Below the pieces are notes generated by a model, which worked only from the letters and a program-made list of their open reading frames with translations, ran no database searches and had not been told where the DNA came from. 64,000 nt of DNA from Eledone cirrhosa (taxonomy: Eukaryota): the NCBI GenBank assembly GCA_964016885.1, contig OZ024744.1, forward strand, positions 89,156,001 to 89,220,000, given 5' to 3'. The position numbers were made by a program, and so were the translations under genes. Positions within the stretch are counted from its first letter, which is position 1. Every line of letters starts with the position of its first letter. This document shows positions 10,260 to 23,498 of this stretch, one piece after another.

Positions 10260-10972
10260 AGCAATTTGAGGGAAAGGGGGAAAGTCGATTAATCGCATCA
10301 GTGTATTACTGGTACATTAATTTATCGACCTCGTAAGGATGAAAGGCAAAGCTAAAATCGGGTGGAATTTGAACTCTGAATGCTGTGCGACGTCCAACCG
10401 TGACTGCCAATCCACCTAATAATATTTATGGTTTCTACTTTGGGCACAAGGCCAGAAAATTTGGAGGAGGGGAAAGTCGAATACATAGACCCCAGTGCAT
10501 TACTGATGATTTAGTTTATCGACCGCGTAAGGAAAAAAGCCAAAGCTAAGCTCGGCGGGATTTGAACTCAGAACGTAAAGGGCCGTAACTCTATGCTGCA
10601 AAGCATGATGTCCGCAGCTCTACCAATATTGCCAATCCACCGCCTTTATCCACTTAATAATAATTGTTTCTACTTTTGGCTACACAAGGCCAGCAATTAT
10701 CGCAATGTATTACTGGTACTTTATTTTATCGACCCCGTAAGGATGAAAGACAAAGTTAATCTCGGCGGGATTTGAACTCAATTATAATTGTTTCTACTAT
10801 TGGCACAAGGCCAGCAATTATCCAGTACATTACTGGTACTTTATTTTATCGACCCCGTAAGGATGAAAGGCAAAGTTAACCTCGGCGGGATTTGAACTCA
10901 GAATGGCAAGGGCCGTAACTCTATGCGTCAAAGCATGGCGTCCGACCCTCTACCGATACTGCCAATCCACCA
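10260..10972 (-). mobile_element. Cluster of four tRNA-derived SINE copies (main family of the window)
   Basis: A box TGGCAGTATCGG, B box GAGTTCAAATCC, body GCCTTTCATCCTTACGGGGTCGATAAAATAAAGTACCAG, tail GTGCCAAAAGTAGAAACAAT. Confidence 0.9.
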
Positions 10973-11400
10973 CTCAATAATAATGATGATGGAGAAAACG
11001 AAGTGAACTGACCATTTCAACAGTCAGGATGGAAAAAGGACACAGAAAATGTGAGAGGGAGGGAGGGAGGAGTAAGAGAATTGCATGATGGGAAGGTTGT
11101 AAAGCAACAGGCAGATGATATTAGATAGTATAAGCAATAATCAATACTATTGTATAGTAATAGAGACGAGTGAAAAGACTCAGTAATTTGTGTGTGTAGG
11201 AGGAATATGTTTCAGATCATCTGGAAAGTTGCGTGCGTGAAATAGATAAATTGAACTGATTTTAATCCACATCTATAAATTTCACATACATATTTCCTCC
11301 CTCGTACTTAGACTATTGTCTTCGGTGGAAGTATGTCTGTGTGTGTGTGTTTGTGCCTGTGACTGCTAGCGCGTGTCTATATGTATGTGTGTATATATAT

Positions 11401-11955
11401 TCTTCTTCTTCTTCTTCTTCTTCTTCTTCTTCTTCTTCTTCTTCTTCTTCTTCTTCTTCTTGAGAGGATCGCGGGTGCAGAGTCCTCAAACACTCCTTCC
11501 AGCGGGTCCTGTTAGAAGCAACTACCTCCAACTGATCCGGCTGCATCCGCAAACGTAACCAACCAGGCTCATGGATGTTATCCAACCATCTTGCTCGGGG
11601 TCTACCCCTGGGTCTCCTGCAAATTGGTTTTCCTCGTAAAATCTGTCCAGCGATTCTTTCCTGAAACATTCTAACCACATATGCCCATAATACCGGAGCT
11701 GTGATCTCTCAGTTCGAAGAAGTAGCGGCTCTACCTGGAGTGACCCTCTGATCTCCGATCTACGCATTCTATCGAGTACCATTACTCCAAAGACTCTTCG
11801 GAAGAAGCCCCATTCGGCTGATTGTTTTTCGAGATTGTATTCTTTCGGTCATTACCCAAGATTCATGACATAGGTAAGGGTTGGCACGAATACGGAACTA
11901 AAGATAGTGATTTTGGCTTTTACACCTACCTCCCTGCTTCTGATTACCGAATGCC
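11401..11955 (-). mobile_element. 5'-truncated, frameshifted RTE-clade LINE with (GAA)n tail
   Basis: VFVPTLTY..ESWVMTER..GFFRRV..RSQLRYYGH..RRPRGRPRARWLD; (AAG)n tail 11401-11461. Confidence 0.85.
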
Positions 11956-12235
11956 TGTGTGTGTATATATATATATATACTGCTCAGAAGCGATTCTTAG
12001 AGCTGAAATAATTGTAAATGACCCCATTGAGTGTAAACTCTAAGTTATATTATATTACTGCTCCCTCAGTCGAGCTGAATTTGTAATCCCATATAAACGG
12101 CTGTTATTTCTAGCACTATGTGTGGGAGGTTAGAGGACTGGAATAAGTCGTGTGCAAAACCTCGTGTATTTTCGCTACGTTAACCAGACCTTAGATATTT
12201 TTCTGAGGTGAAGTTACTTAATTTATCTGGGTACC

Positions 12236-12321
12236 TATTGATAAACACAGAAAATTAATTAACTCACTACTAATTAATTAATTATTTCACTATTATACCA
12301 TCCTTTGTGAAACATGTTTAA
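12236..12321 (+). ncRNA. Degenerate U3-A8 hammerhead in a TA-flanked element (~11980-12550)
   Basis: TTGATAA-ACACAG...CTTTGT-GAAAC-AT-GT-T; stem I only 2 bp. Confidence 0.4.
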
Positions 12322-12785
12322 AGTTTGAAGTTCTGACCGATCTGCGGAAAAAGTTTGTATTTTGAATTTTAAACGTGTCTAGGTACCAAGGCCTTTTGCC
12401 CATACGGTTTGTGAGTATTGATTTATTATTTTTTAGATCGTACAGGCAAACTATATGTATTTGAATTAAGATATTTCATTCTAACTATTTTATTAGTCAA
12501 TTGCAACTAAAACATGTAAATGTTTATCAAATATTAATTTAATTTAATTTATATATATATATATATATGGGAATGGGCGAAGACTTCAAGAACACCACCT
12601 TTGTCCGTTCCCTTGTAGTTTCAATTTGGGTTGCCTCGGGAACGTAACCTTTTTATGTAAGATGCTGTCTGATGAGATCATGGAACTGGGTACACGGAAT
12701 CACATGGCCACTGTCGTCATTAAAATATATATCAAGACCTTGTGAATAAAAGGATTTTAACATCTGAAACTACTTCGCATTTTCT

Positions 12786-12880
<95 letters not shown>

Positions 12881-12939
12881 GGACGTAAAATAAGAAAATT
12901 TTAAAAAAAGATTTAAAAAATTAACTTACTAAAATTTTC

Positions 12940-13021
12940 ACTCCAACTAATTAGTTTCTGCAATGGGATAAAGGCAGTTACGTAATATAACCGTCGAGAA
13001 TTCATTGCGTCATCAGGGAGT
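12940..13021 (-). ncRNA. Type I hammerhead (inverted copy of 13502-13583)
   Basis: Reverse complement of the plus-strand motif with one substitution in the distal stem II hairpin. Confidence 0.8.
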
Positions 13022-13501
13022 GACAATTTTAGGGAGTGAAAATTTTAGTAAGTAAGTTAATTTTTTAAATCTTTTTTTAAAATTTTCTTATTTTACGTCC
13101 TTCATATTATTGTTCTGCATCCTCCTGCATTGAAACACCTAGGTACTATGACATAACTTATGTATTTGCTGGCATTAGCGTACATCTGTACGCATTTGTT
13201 AGTAGATATACTAAATTCTCTATATTTATCTCCAAATTATTTATTTGTTGAGCAAACCTGCCAAAACCACTACTAATTCATTGGTGTGGTAGTAGGCTTC
13301 TGTCATCTTACCATCCCACTCCTTCCGACTAGCCTCAGTGTCACGTGATTGATTCTTTAGAATCTGCCATTTGACCAGAGACAGCGAGCTTTTCAGTGCA
13401 TGGAATCCAGTCCCCGCTAGCTGTTCCATCTACCGAATTATTATTATTTTTATATGAGTCCCCGGTGTCCGCGCATTGCCTGGAGACTTAGCTGAGAATA
13501 G

Positions 13502-13583
13502 ACTCCCTGATGACGCAATGAATTCTCGACGGTTATATTACGTAACTGTCTTTATCCCATTGCAGAAACTAATTAGTTGGAGT
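13502..13583 (+). ncRNA. Type I hammerhead (predicted cleavage after 13578)
   Basis: ACTCC-CTGATGA-C-GCAATG..GACGGTTA/TAACTGTC..CATTGC-A-GAAAC-TAATTA-GTT-GGAGT. Confidence 0.85.
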
Positions 13584-13755
13584 GAAAATTTTAGTAAGTT
13601 AATTTTTTAAATCTTTTTTTTTAATTTTCTTATTTTACGTCCTTCATATTATTGTTCTGCATCCTCCTGCATTGAACCACCTAGGTACTATGACATAACT
13701 TATGTATTTGCTGGCATTAGCGTACATCTGTACGCATTTGTTAGTAGATATACTA

Positions 13756-13873
<118 letters not shown>

Positions 13874-14839
13874 CGAAATGCCTAAGGATTATTTGTTACA
13901 AACACAATTTTGTCAGGGCGAAACAGATTAAATCTTTAGTCTGTCCGAGAGATGAAATCGTTATTGATACGGTATGTATAGGAAATCCTGTATCCAACTG
14001 CATGTTTCAGTTTAAATATATAAAACATTTGTGGTAAAATCTACCCTCGTAATTTTGGACGCAGGATTTGGTGTGTTTATTTCTACATATATTACCATCG
14101 TGTTGTTGTCTGGCATGTTCGTATATTCGTATAGTACTGAACACGACAACAACACAACGATAACATAGACAACATAGAAATTAGAATAATATCTAAACAA
14201 AGAAATGACCCAGCAGATAGGCAAATCAGAGAGGCCAGTGAAATAGAACTTAGAAGGCCAAGGCTAAACAGAAAGAATGAATGGAATAACAACAACACCC
14301 AAACAAACAACACTGACCTAAGAGAAGTATAAATAAATAAATAGATAAATAAATAAATGCATACACAAGCACAATAACAACAAACACATATAAACACACA
14401 CTAGTAAAGATAGAATACATTAACCAATACACAGTCACCCAATCACAAACACACATCAAACAAAACACTATACACACACACGCAAACGCATGCGCAAAGA
14501 AGACAAAATAAAATAAACAAATAAATAAATATATAAACAGACTAAATAAAGATGGCGTAGAAAATACAATGCAACGGGAGGAAACAATAGCACCACTGAC
14601 GATGTTGCAGATGTGCAACGAAAGAACTTTGATAAACTATATATATGTGTTTGTGTCTATATTGTATCTGTATTTTTGACCGTTGGTCAGTCAATGGCAA
14701 CATTGAGGACCGAATAAATTAGATTTTGCTTGTTTATAAATATTATTTTACTACTAGAAATGCTAGTGAAGTTGTTTCACCCACTTCTTTAGAGAAAACA
14801 ACAACTTTCTTATATATTATTATAACATATTTGGTTGTA

Positions 14840-16005
14840 TCTATAGAGGGTCGGACGCCATGCTTTGATGCATAGAGTTACGGCATTTGCCATTCTGAGT
14901 TCAAATCCTGCCGAGGTTAGCTTTGCCTTTCATCCTTACGGAGGTCGATAAAATAAAGTACCAGTAATGTACTGGATAATTGCTGGCCTTGTGCCAAAAG
15001 TAGAAACAATTATAATTATAGGCAAAAGAATATTGGTTTCTGATTTAGGCACAAGGCCAAAAATTTTGCCATCTTTATTTAGTCTGTTTATATATTTATT
15101 TATTTGTTTATTTTATGGGGGAAAGTCAACTAAATCGATCTCAGTGCATTACTGGTACTTTATTTTATCTACGTCGTAAGGATGAAAGGCAAAGTTAAAC
15201 TTGGCGAGATTTGAACTCAGATCGTAAAAGGCCGTAACTATATGCCACAAAGCATGTTAAAGCCAGCAGTTTTGTGTGTCTGTGTGTGTGGGGGGGGTAT
15301 ATGGGTCGGGGAGTCAATTAAATCGACCCCAGTGCATTACTGGTACTTTATTTTATTTACGCCGTAAGGATGAAAGGCAAAGCTAATCTCGACAGGACTT
15401 GAACTCAGAAGGAAAAGGTCCGTAATTCTATGTCATAAAGAATGTTGTCCGATGCTCCACCGAAACAGCCAATCAATTGCCCTTATATAGGCAAAAATAT
15501 TACAAGTAAGACAGTACAGTGCACATTAGAAATACGTAATGGAGTCAAAAGGGGAAGACAAAATAAAACAACAGTTTATACTTTTACATCATATTTTATT
15601 ATATCTTTGGTGAAGGATGGTGGATTGGAAATATCGGTAGAGCGTCAGACAAGATGTTTTACGACATAGAGTTACGCCCCTTTAGCTTTGCCTTTCATCC
15701 TTACGGGATCGACGATAAAATAAAGAACCTATAACGCGCTGGGGTCGAATTATTCGACTTTCCCCTTCCCTACAAATTTCTGGCCTTGTGCCTATATCAG
15801 AAACCATTATATGTCAGGTTAAGGGTTGCGGATTGGCAGTATCGGTTGAGCGTCGGACAACATGCTTTAGGACATAGAGTTACACCCCTTTACGTTCTGA
15901 GTTCAAATCCGGCCGAGGTTAGCGTTGCCTTTCATTCTTCGGGGTCGATAATAATATAAAGTGCCAGTAACAGCAACCCACTGGGGGCGATATAATCGAC
16001 TTTCC
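14840..16005. mobile_element. Cluster of about five copies of the main SINE family, both orientations
   Basis: Same A/B box and body motifs as 10260-10972. Confidence 0.85.
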
Positions 16006-16161
16006 CGTCCCTTTTCAAAAGTGTTGGACAAAAGTATTGTGCTTAAATCAGAAACCGTTATATTTCGGAATGCGAACCCTTTTTCAAAAGAAAACGAAAA
16101 TGGGGTGCTATAAGAAAGCCCGTTATTAAATATGGTAATCTGTCTGCTTCCTTTTCAATCA

Positions 16162-16422
16162 TCACCACCCTTCGCTGATATGAAACACTGATATGGATGG
16201 AATTATATTAGTAAACAAGACCTTAATGAACAATATAACTGAAGTAATGAAATCAAATAGGTTATAAGGTAACAACACAACAACAACACAAACAACAATC
16301 AAAACAAAACAAAACTGAAGTCTCCTTTGGTTCTCGTCCACATTCTTCAGATTCTCTTTTATTTTTATTCCTAAGATGGCCGCCATTTCGGCTTGGGTTA
16401 TGTAAATATGATAAAAACAGCT
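16162..16422 (-). CDS. Candidate coding exon of a small membrane protein (tentative)
   Basis: Branch-like GCTAAT and TTTCAG acceptor at 16423; open frame with GAAATGGCG and hydrophobic FCFVLIVVCVVVVLLPYNLF; no recognised homology. Confidence 0.3.
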   Translation of the reverse strand, partial: SCFYHIYITQAEMAAILGIKIKENLKNVDENQRRLQFCFVLIVVCVVVVLLPYNLFDFITSVILFIKVLFTNIIPSISVFHISEGW

Positions 16423-16629
16423 CTGAAACCGTCTAATAATGACAAATTAGCACCTTTATCTAATCAAAAAATAAAAATAAGATTCTAAGTAGCTGTTTAA
16501 CTGCAAGTCTGTCCTGTTTGTGCAGACCCATGGTCAAAGGCATTACAGCGATGTCTGTTCTTAAAAGACATTTTAAAAAAACATATTATGTGTATGCATG
16601 CATGCCCTCGTGCGCTGCAAGCAGCGCGT

Positions 16630-16876
16630 TGAGCCGGTGCTTATCTCGGTGTCATGGCGTGAAGCGACTGAGAGTATAAGACGCCCCACTGGACAGAACG
16701 CCAGTCCATCGCAGAATTAAACCCCTAACTATTGCTGGTACTCATTTTCAGCTGAGTATACTGGAGCAACGTGAAATAACGTGTTTTGCTCAAGAACACC
16801 ACACGCAACCTAGCCCAGGAATCGAACCCACGACATTACAATCGTAAGTCCAACACTCTTAACACTAGGTCGCGTG
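16630..16876 (-). mobile_element. Second tRNA-derived SINE family
   Basis: B box GGTTCGATTCC then GTGTTCTTGAGCAAAACAC..TTTCACGTTGCTCCAG..CTCAGCTGAAAATGAGTACC. Confidence 0.8.
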
Positions 16877-17119
16877 TTTTTACTTAATATATACACAGAG
16901 AACTAAATTATCAATATGTTCATTTTCAAGAAGGTGGGATGGGTTGAGGGAAATGTGGTTGCTATTTATAATGGAGCTGAACTAAAACGTAGAGGTTTCG
17001 TTGTTTGATTGAAATCTTACATTATAGAGCAACTGGTTCCAACAAACCGAACACAATACCTTCATTTATTTCCTGGCTGTAATTATTTGGATTAATTGCC
17101 CGTTACTAATAAGAATTTT

Positions 17120-17762
17120 ACATATAGGGCACAAAGATAGAAATTCTGAGGTGAAGAGGGGGACAGTCGGTCATATCGACTCACTGCTTTTTTGACAGGC
17201 TTTTTATTGTATCAAATCCAGAAGAATGAAAGTAAAAGTCGACCTCGGTGGAATTCGAACTTAGAATGTAAATACCGACAGATATTTTGTCTAACACTCT
17301 AATAATTTCGTTAGTCCACCGATCTTAACAATAATTGTTTCTACTTTTGGCACAAGGCCAGCAATTACCCGGTACATTACTGGTACTTTATTTTATCGAC
17401 CCCGTAAGGATGAACGGCAAAGCTAATTGCGTTGGGATTTGAACTCAGTACGTGAAAGGCCATAACTATGTTGAGTAGCATGTTGTCAGACCCTCTACCA
17501 ATACTGCCAATCCACCACCCTCACCGATCTTAGCAATAATGATTTCTATTATAGGCACAAGGCCAGTCACTTTTTTTTGGGGGGGGGGAGTCGGTTAAAT
17601 CGACGCCAGTGCATTACTGGTACTTTATTTTATCGTCCCCATAAGGATGAAAGGCAAAGTTAGCCTCGGCAGGATTTGAACTCAGATCATAAAGGGCCGT
17701 AACTCTATGTTGCAAAACATGGCGTCCGACCCTCTACCAATACTGCTAATCCACCACCCTCA
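17120..17762 (-). mobile_element. Three main-family SINE copies; middle copy has a TSD
   Basis: CACCGATCTTA(A/G)CAATAAT duplicated at ~17317 and ~17522. Confidence 0.85.
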
Positions 17763-18594
17763 CAATAAAACCAAAGATTCATTTGGATAGCTATCTCAAG
17801 ATTTCATATTTCTTCTTTGCTATACATTCGTGGCCTCTGACTGAGTATTAAATCAGCATTCGCTTGCACCACCAACCAAGCAGCCAACCAGCCAACCAGC
17901 CTTGCAATGAAAAAAAAAATGTAGGTTGCCGTCTTCACAATATACTTCACAGTTTATCATTGCACTAAGAATGTATTACAATATAAAGCAAATAAATAAA
18001 TGAAATGCTATCAGAAGGTTCCATTTTCACAGTAATTTGCTCTCTGTTTGTGCTACCTTCTTCTACTATAATCTCAAACTAACCTCGTTCCAATGTTTTC
18101 TTTATAACAATTTCTAGGATTAGTTTACAAAAACAAGGGGGAAATAAAATAGAAAAATCTAAAACAAACAATAAGGAGTTGATACAGTAAATGCCATCAA
18201 TTGAAGTTACTTATAATGCTTTTTTTTATATTCCGAAATATTATTACATATATTATTAATGAAAAAAAAAAAAAAAAAAGGAGCTCGCAGGAATATGAAC
18301 TATGCTCCGAGCGAACACGAGTCCGCAATCCCACTTCATTTTCACCACTAATACCACTGGAGAAATACATGTATGTCACAGATTTCCCCTCGTTCTTCCT
18401 TAAGAAAGCTGCAGTCAAGAAGAAATAAGTATTATTGATGAAAAGAAAAGATTAAAAGACACGATTGTAAATAGTGCAACATTTACCGACGCGTAGGAAT
18501 ACTGATTACGTCAAGATTCATAGAGAAGGAAATGAATCATGAGGCAGGCTGTTGAAGAAGGGAGAGTAATTTCCGGTATTTTCAATTCACTTAC

Positions 18595-18624
18595 AGCTCC
18601 GCTCGTGAAAACGGCACTCTGCAT
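18595..18624 (-). CDS. Candidate first coding exon (MQSAVFTSGA), in frame with 16162-16422 (tentative)
   Basis: ATG at 18624, GTAAGT donor at 18594, phase 0 matches the downstream exon. Confidence 0.25.
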
Positions 18625-19027
18625 AGAATTGTCCTTTTTCATGAAATCAAAACTCTTCTATGTAACTTTTGTCATTTTTTTTCCCTCTCTCATCCATTTC
18701 AATAGCATCTCAGTTTAAACGTCATGTGCTTAAAAACACGATTATTGTAGGTTTCTGCGTATATAGCTGTTGCACACAGCGACATATTCTCTTCTATCTG
18801 TTTATGTTAGCAGCAACATCTTTTCTTATTGGCTTTATCTATGCTTAATGTTCATGTGCATACAATTTTTTTTTCTTTTGGAATAATTTCCTTTCTTTCT
18901 TTCCTGCTTCTAACTCCTCTTTATCTCTTTCGGATCACACTCTTTGTTTTTCTATCGTTCTACAACGTCTCTCTCCACATCACTCACCTTCCCAGTTTCC
19001 CCACTCTCTCTCTATCTCTCTCTCTAT

Positions 19028-19249
19028 TTATGTATGTATGTATGTATGTATGTATGTATGTATGTATGTATGTATGTATGTATGTATGTACGTACGTATG
19101 TATCTATCTATTTACACACACACACACACACACACTCACACATAAACACAAATATATCATATTTCTATTCTATTGCTTTCCATACGTCTGTCTGTCTGCT
19201 TATCTATCTATCTATCTATCTCTATCTATCTATCTATCTGTCTGTCTGC

Positions 19250-19336
<87 letters not shown>
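19028..19336. repeat. Compound (TATG)n/(CA)n/(TATC)n/(TA)n microsatellites
   Basis: Directly visible. Confidence 0.95.
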
Positions 19337-19340
<4 letters not shown>

Positions 19341-19709
19341 CTCGTGGCAATAAATAGAAACTTCGTTTTTATGAAAGATGGGTGAAAGTGGCGAGAATGG
19401 CCCGTGTGAATGGGCCTTCACTCTACATCAGACTATAGGTGAGGAAGATGAAAAATCAAGGGAGCACCTCCTCTCTGTGCTCCTGAGGAGTAGGGTTGCA
19501 CACTTTTTTTCGGGGGTGTGTGCGACCCCCCAAGGCGCCTCCTCCCTATTGAGGATTTTGTTATAAAATTTATTTTGTTATATTTTATTTTATTTTTATA
19601 CTTTTATATCTTGTTATTGCCTCCTCCTTATTGAGGACGCCTTTGCATGTAAACTCCCCCCATTGTACTTGTCCCACTTTTTGATGCCCTGGTGGCAAAT
19701 AAAAAGAAA

Positions 19710-19711
<2 letters not shown>
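19337..19711 (+). mobile_element. Two stacked 3'-end fragments of the Tx1 family (~24 bp and ~350 bp) followed by (TATC)n
   Basis: TGCCCTCGTGGCAATAAATAGAAA, then FYERWVKVARMARVNGPSLYI and the 3' UTR, matching 4078-4400 reverse complement. Confidence 0.9.
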
Positions 19712-19772
<61 letters not shown>

Positions 19773-19774
<2 letters not shown>

Positions 19775-21550
19775 TCCCAGTTCTGTGACCAAGGGCGTAG
19801 TCACGCTAGTCAGGAAGGACGAGAATAAGGGGGGATGACCTAGGTAACTTCAGGCCCATAACTCTGCTAAACACAGAGTTACAGATTTTGGCCAAGGTGT
19901 TGGCAAAGAGGCTGGCGCTTGTCGTCGGGAAACTGGTGGGAGAAGCGCAGACATACGCAATTCCGACCAGGTTAATACACGACAATCTCCACCTCATGCG
20001 ATACATCGTAGAGAGGATAGGGTGTGAACCCGGCTTCGGTGAGGCCCTGATCAACATGGATCTGTCTAAGGCGTTTGATAGGGTTGACCATCGTTACCTG
20101 GATGCGGTGCTCGAGGCGGCAGGCTTCGGAACCGTGTTCAGGGGCTGGATTACTGCAATGCACAGCAGCAACATCTGCTCAAAGGTCAAGGTCAACGGCT
20201 ACCTCTCGGAGCCGTTCCATATCACGCGATCCATCCGACAGAGATGCCCTCTCCTCCTTTCTGTACGTATTATCTTTCGAGCCACTACTGCGGAATCTGG
20301 AGCTATTGCAGGGCATCTCTCTGGAACCGGGACTGCGTAAAGCGACGTCGGCCTAGGCCAACGACGTGACAGTAATGGTGTCGAGCGCCTCGCAAATCGG
20401 GGAGGTCGGCACCTTACTGGAGGAATACGAAGTTTCACAGGAGCGAAGCTGAACCGAGACAAATCCGTCGGTTTGCAACTCGGAACGTGGAGAGGCAAAC
20501 CGATGCCTTCCGATGGCGTCATCGGACGCCGGACGGAAGGACCGGTAAAGCTGCTCGGGGTCTGGTTTGGTCCGGACCTCCAGGTGGAGAAGAACTGGAA
20601 CGAGGTGACGGCCAAGGTGTTTGCGCTCACCCAGAAGTGGGCCGAGTGCAAACTATCCTTGAAAGGTCGAGCGGAGGTGGCGAACACTTTTATAGCGTCC
20701 GCCATCTACTACCGCTTGACCGTCGTGCCTTGTCCAGCCAAAATGCTCACGAAAATGGAGCGCGCGCTCTTCCAATTCCTTTGGAAGAAACGGGTTCCTT
20801 TGGTGAGAAGATCCATCTGCTGCCAACACCCTTCAAACAGAGGGCTGGGGGTGCCGTGGATGACGATGCGCAAACACACGCTCAGGCTGCGGCACCTCTA
20901 CGTATTCCTCACGGGACAATCGGTGTGGGCCCCGTTCGTGAGGCGAGCCTTCCCACGAGTCGTCTCGCTGACCGAGCTGCAGTCCTGGGTCAAGCAAAGA
21001 CCGAGGAAAATGGGCGACTGGCACATTGAATGTGCTCAGGCGCTCACAGTCCTCTGGCAAACGGACTCGGCGATCACTGGAGACTCCATTTCGACATTCT
21101 ATAGAGGGTTAGTCCGCAGCAAGTGCAACGACATGCTCGGAGAAACTCTAGGCGTAGAGGAGGACGTACTGGCCAGTCTGTTCGATGAAACCGTCGCGCA
21201 CGCATTTGTACACTGCCCGGGCGTTACGGACCTGTGGGTCTATGTAGAACGACTATTGTCGCGGATGGGACCAATCCAGTTGACCACCGAGTCCATTGTC
21301 ATGATCAAATCGCCACCCTCCTTCAAAAACGAAGGAGAGGCGGTTTTCCCATGTGTTATGGCTATGGTGAAAGAGGTTATATGGTGGACGAGGTTAAAAG
21401 GGCTGAGGTCAGACACCTTTCTCTCAGTCGAACAACTGATTCGTTTTTTCAAATATCATTTTGGAAGAAGAATCAGGATGGAGAGAGAGGTGCTGTACCC
21501 CAGCAAGTTTTATAAAAGGTGGGTGAATGTGGCAAAGATGGCCCGAGTGG
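19773..21550 (+). pseudogene. 5'-truncated Tx1 ORF2 copy with stop, frameshifts and an internal deletion
   Basis: Homologous to ORF2; YADD reads TAG-A-N-D at ~20354; deletion at 21183 removes CPRC; starts directly after (TATC)n. Confidence 0.92.
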
Positions 21551-22100
21551 TAGCTCCAATAATGATCGGTATGAAGCTAAAGGTGTATCTTGGATACTGG
21601 ATTTGTAAACTCCTCATCAATGGTCCGTAGATGTCCTCCTCCTGTATTTTTCTGACAACGTTTACATAAAATGGGAAACTGCTCTCCACAACACAACACG
21701 TTTTCAATATGTGGTCCCAAACAACAATAGCAGGCCGATTGTGCTTTAATTTGGTGGCAGTTTTTATTTTCAGGTTCCACCAGTATTCCTTAGTGCCATC
21801 TGTCTCAATATATTCTTCCTCGTTTGTTGTTAATTTTGTTTTCCGAAGTGCGTTCCAGATGGTTCTAGCTATCCTATCGTGTCTCATGGGGAGGTAGTAG
21901 CGAGATGACATTCTTTCGCAGCTGGCAACAATGTGGCTTACATCCTCAATCTTTGTTTTACAAAGCCTACATTTATTGTCAGCTGATGGCCCTCCCCTTT
22001 TGTGCAGCAGATATTTGGTAGGGAGTTCTTGTTCCTGTATGGCATAGAGATATCCCTCAAAGTGTGATGTCATAAACTTGTCGGAACTCCATGCCAGGCT
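21551..22100 (-). mobile_element. Fragment of an RLE-type non-LTR retrotransposon (R4/Dong-like C-terminus)
   Basis: EGYLYAIQEQ..CRLC..EDVSHIVASC..RHDRIA..HNRP(A)IVV..FIPIIIGA: CCHC, RHD and PD-type nuclease motifs. Confidence 0.8.
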
Positions 22101-22572
22101 TTGTATGTATGTATGTATGTATGTATGTATGTATGTATGTATGTATGTATGTATGTATGTATCTACGTACGTATGTGGGTATGTGTGTATGTATGTGTGT
22201 ATGTATGTATGTATGTATGTATGTATGTATGTATGTATGTACGCATGTATGTATGTATATATGTATGTATGTATGTATGTATGTAAGCATGTATGTATTT
22301 ATGTATGTGTACGTATGTATGTCTGTATGTATGTGTATGTATGTACAAATGCATGTTTCTATATAATGTATGTATGTAAGTATGTATGTATAAATGCATG
22401 AATGTATATAATGTATGCATGTATATATGCATGTGTGTATGTATGTAAGTATGCATGTATATAATGTGTGCATGTGTGTATGTAGGTAGGTATATATACA
22501 TGTATATATGTATGTATATATGTATGTACGTATGTATGTATGTAGATATGTATGCATATATGTATATATGTA
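22101..22572. repeat. (TATG)n-derived microsatellite
   Basis: Directly visible. Confidence 0.95.
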
Positions 22573-22756
22573 CGTATATTATAATTGAATATAAAAGAAA
22601 AACGAACACAGATATATACATATATGTGCTCAAATCGCAAGGGACCAGATTCGCTAAGGTGAAAAGAACACTAACTATAGACAATTGGGTTCGCTTGTCT
22701 CAATTTAAGAATAAATCAAGAAAATAAATACAAACCGGAATTGTGGTAACTACCAA

Positions 22757-22834
22757 TCACCCAGACAGCTCTTGGTGCTGTTTCGCAATATTAATTGTAA
22801 ATAGAATTACCCATTCTTGCTCATCAGTGGGTGA
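22757..22834 (-). ncRNA. Canonical type I hammerhead with GUC site
   Basis: TCACCCA-CTGATGA-GCAA...TTGC-GAAAC-AGC accaaga GCT-GTC-TGGGTGA; 7-bp stem I, 5-bp stem III. Confidence 0.9.
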
Positions 22835-23174
22835 CCAATTAGTATTCTAGACACTTCTAAGTATATTAAGAAACTGAATAGTGTGCTATATATAACAACG
22901 CACATGGTATCTTAGCGTGTCTCACAAACTTACACCACTAAAAATAGCAGCCAGGTTTATTCGACATTTGAAATAGCTCAACAAATTAACGGAGCCGAAT
23001 ATATCGAAGGTATATATTGAGTTAGGAACTCAAAACTCAAAATGTCGAATAAACCTGGCTGCTATTTTTAGTGGTGTAAGTTTGTGAGACACGCTAAGGT
23101 ACCATGTGCGTTATTATATATAGCACACTATTTAGTTCCTTAATATACTTAGAAGTGTCTAGGATACTAATTGG

Positions 23175-23254
23175 TCACCCACTGATGAGCAAGAATTGGT
23201 ATTTCTATTCACAATTAATTAGCATTGCGAAACAGCACCAAGCTGTCTGGTTGA
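23175..23254 (+). ncRNA. Canonical type I hammerhead (predicted cleavage after 23247)
   Basis: TCACCCA-CTGATGA-GCAA...TTGC-GAAAC-AGC accaa GCT-GTC-TGGTTGA. Confidence 0.87.
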
Positions 23255-23498
23255 TTAATAGTTACCACAGTTCCGGAATGTATTTATTTCCTTGATTTAT
23301 TCTTAAATTGAGACAGGCAAACCCTATTGTCTTTTCACTTAGCGAATCTGGTCCCTTGCGATTTGAACACATATATGCATATATCTGTGTTCGTTCTTCT
23401 TTTATATTCAATTATAATATACGGCTCGGAAGAATCTCCTTCTTAGAGCTATTTAATTGTAAGAGACTATTGTGAGTTCCTAACTCAATATATACCTT

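Noticed and set aside
12660-12740. CTGATGA-GAT...ATT-AAAA-TATATAT-C hammerhead-like string
   Set aside because: GAAA absent and stem I does not pair; at most a decayed relic
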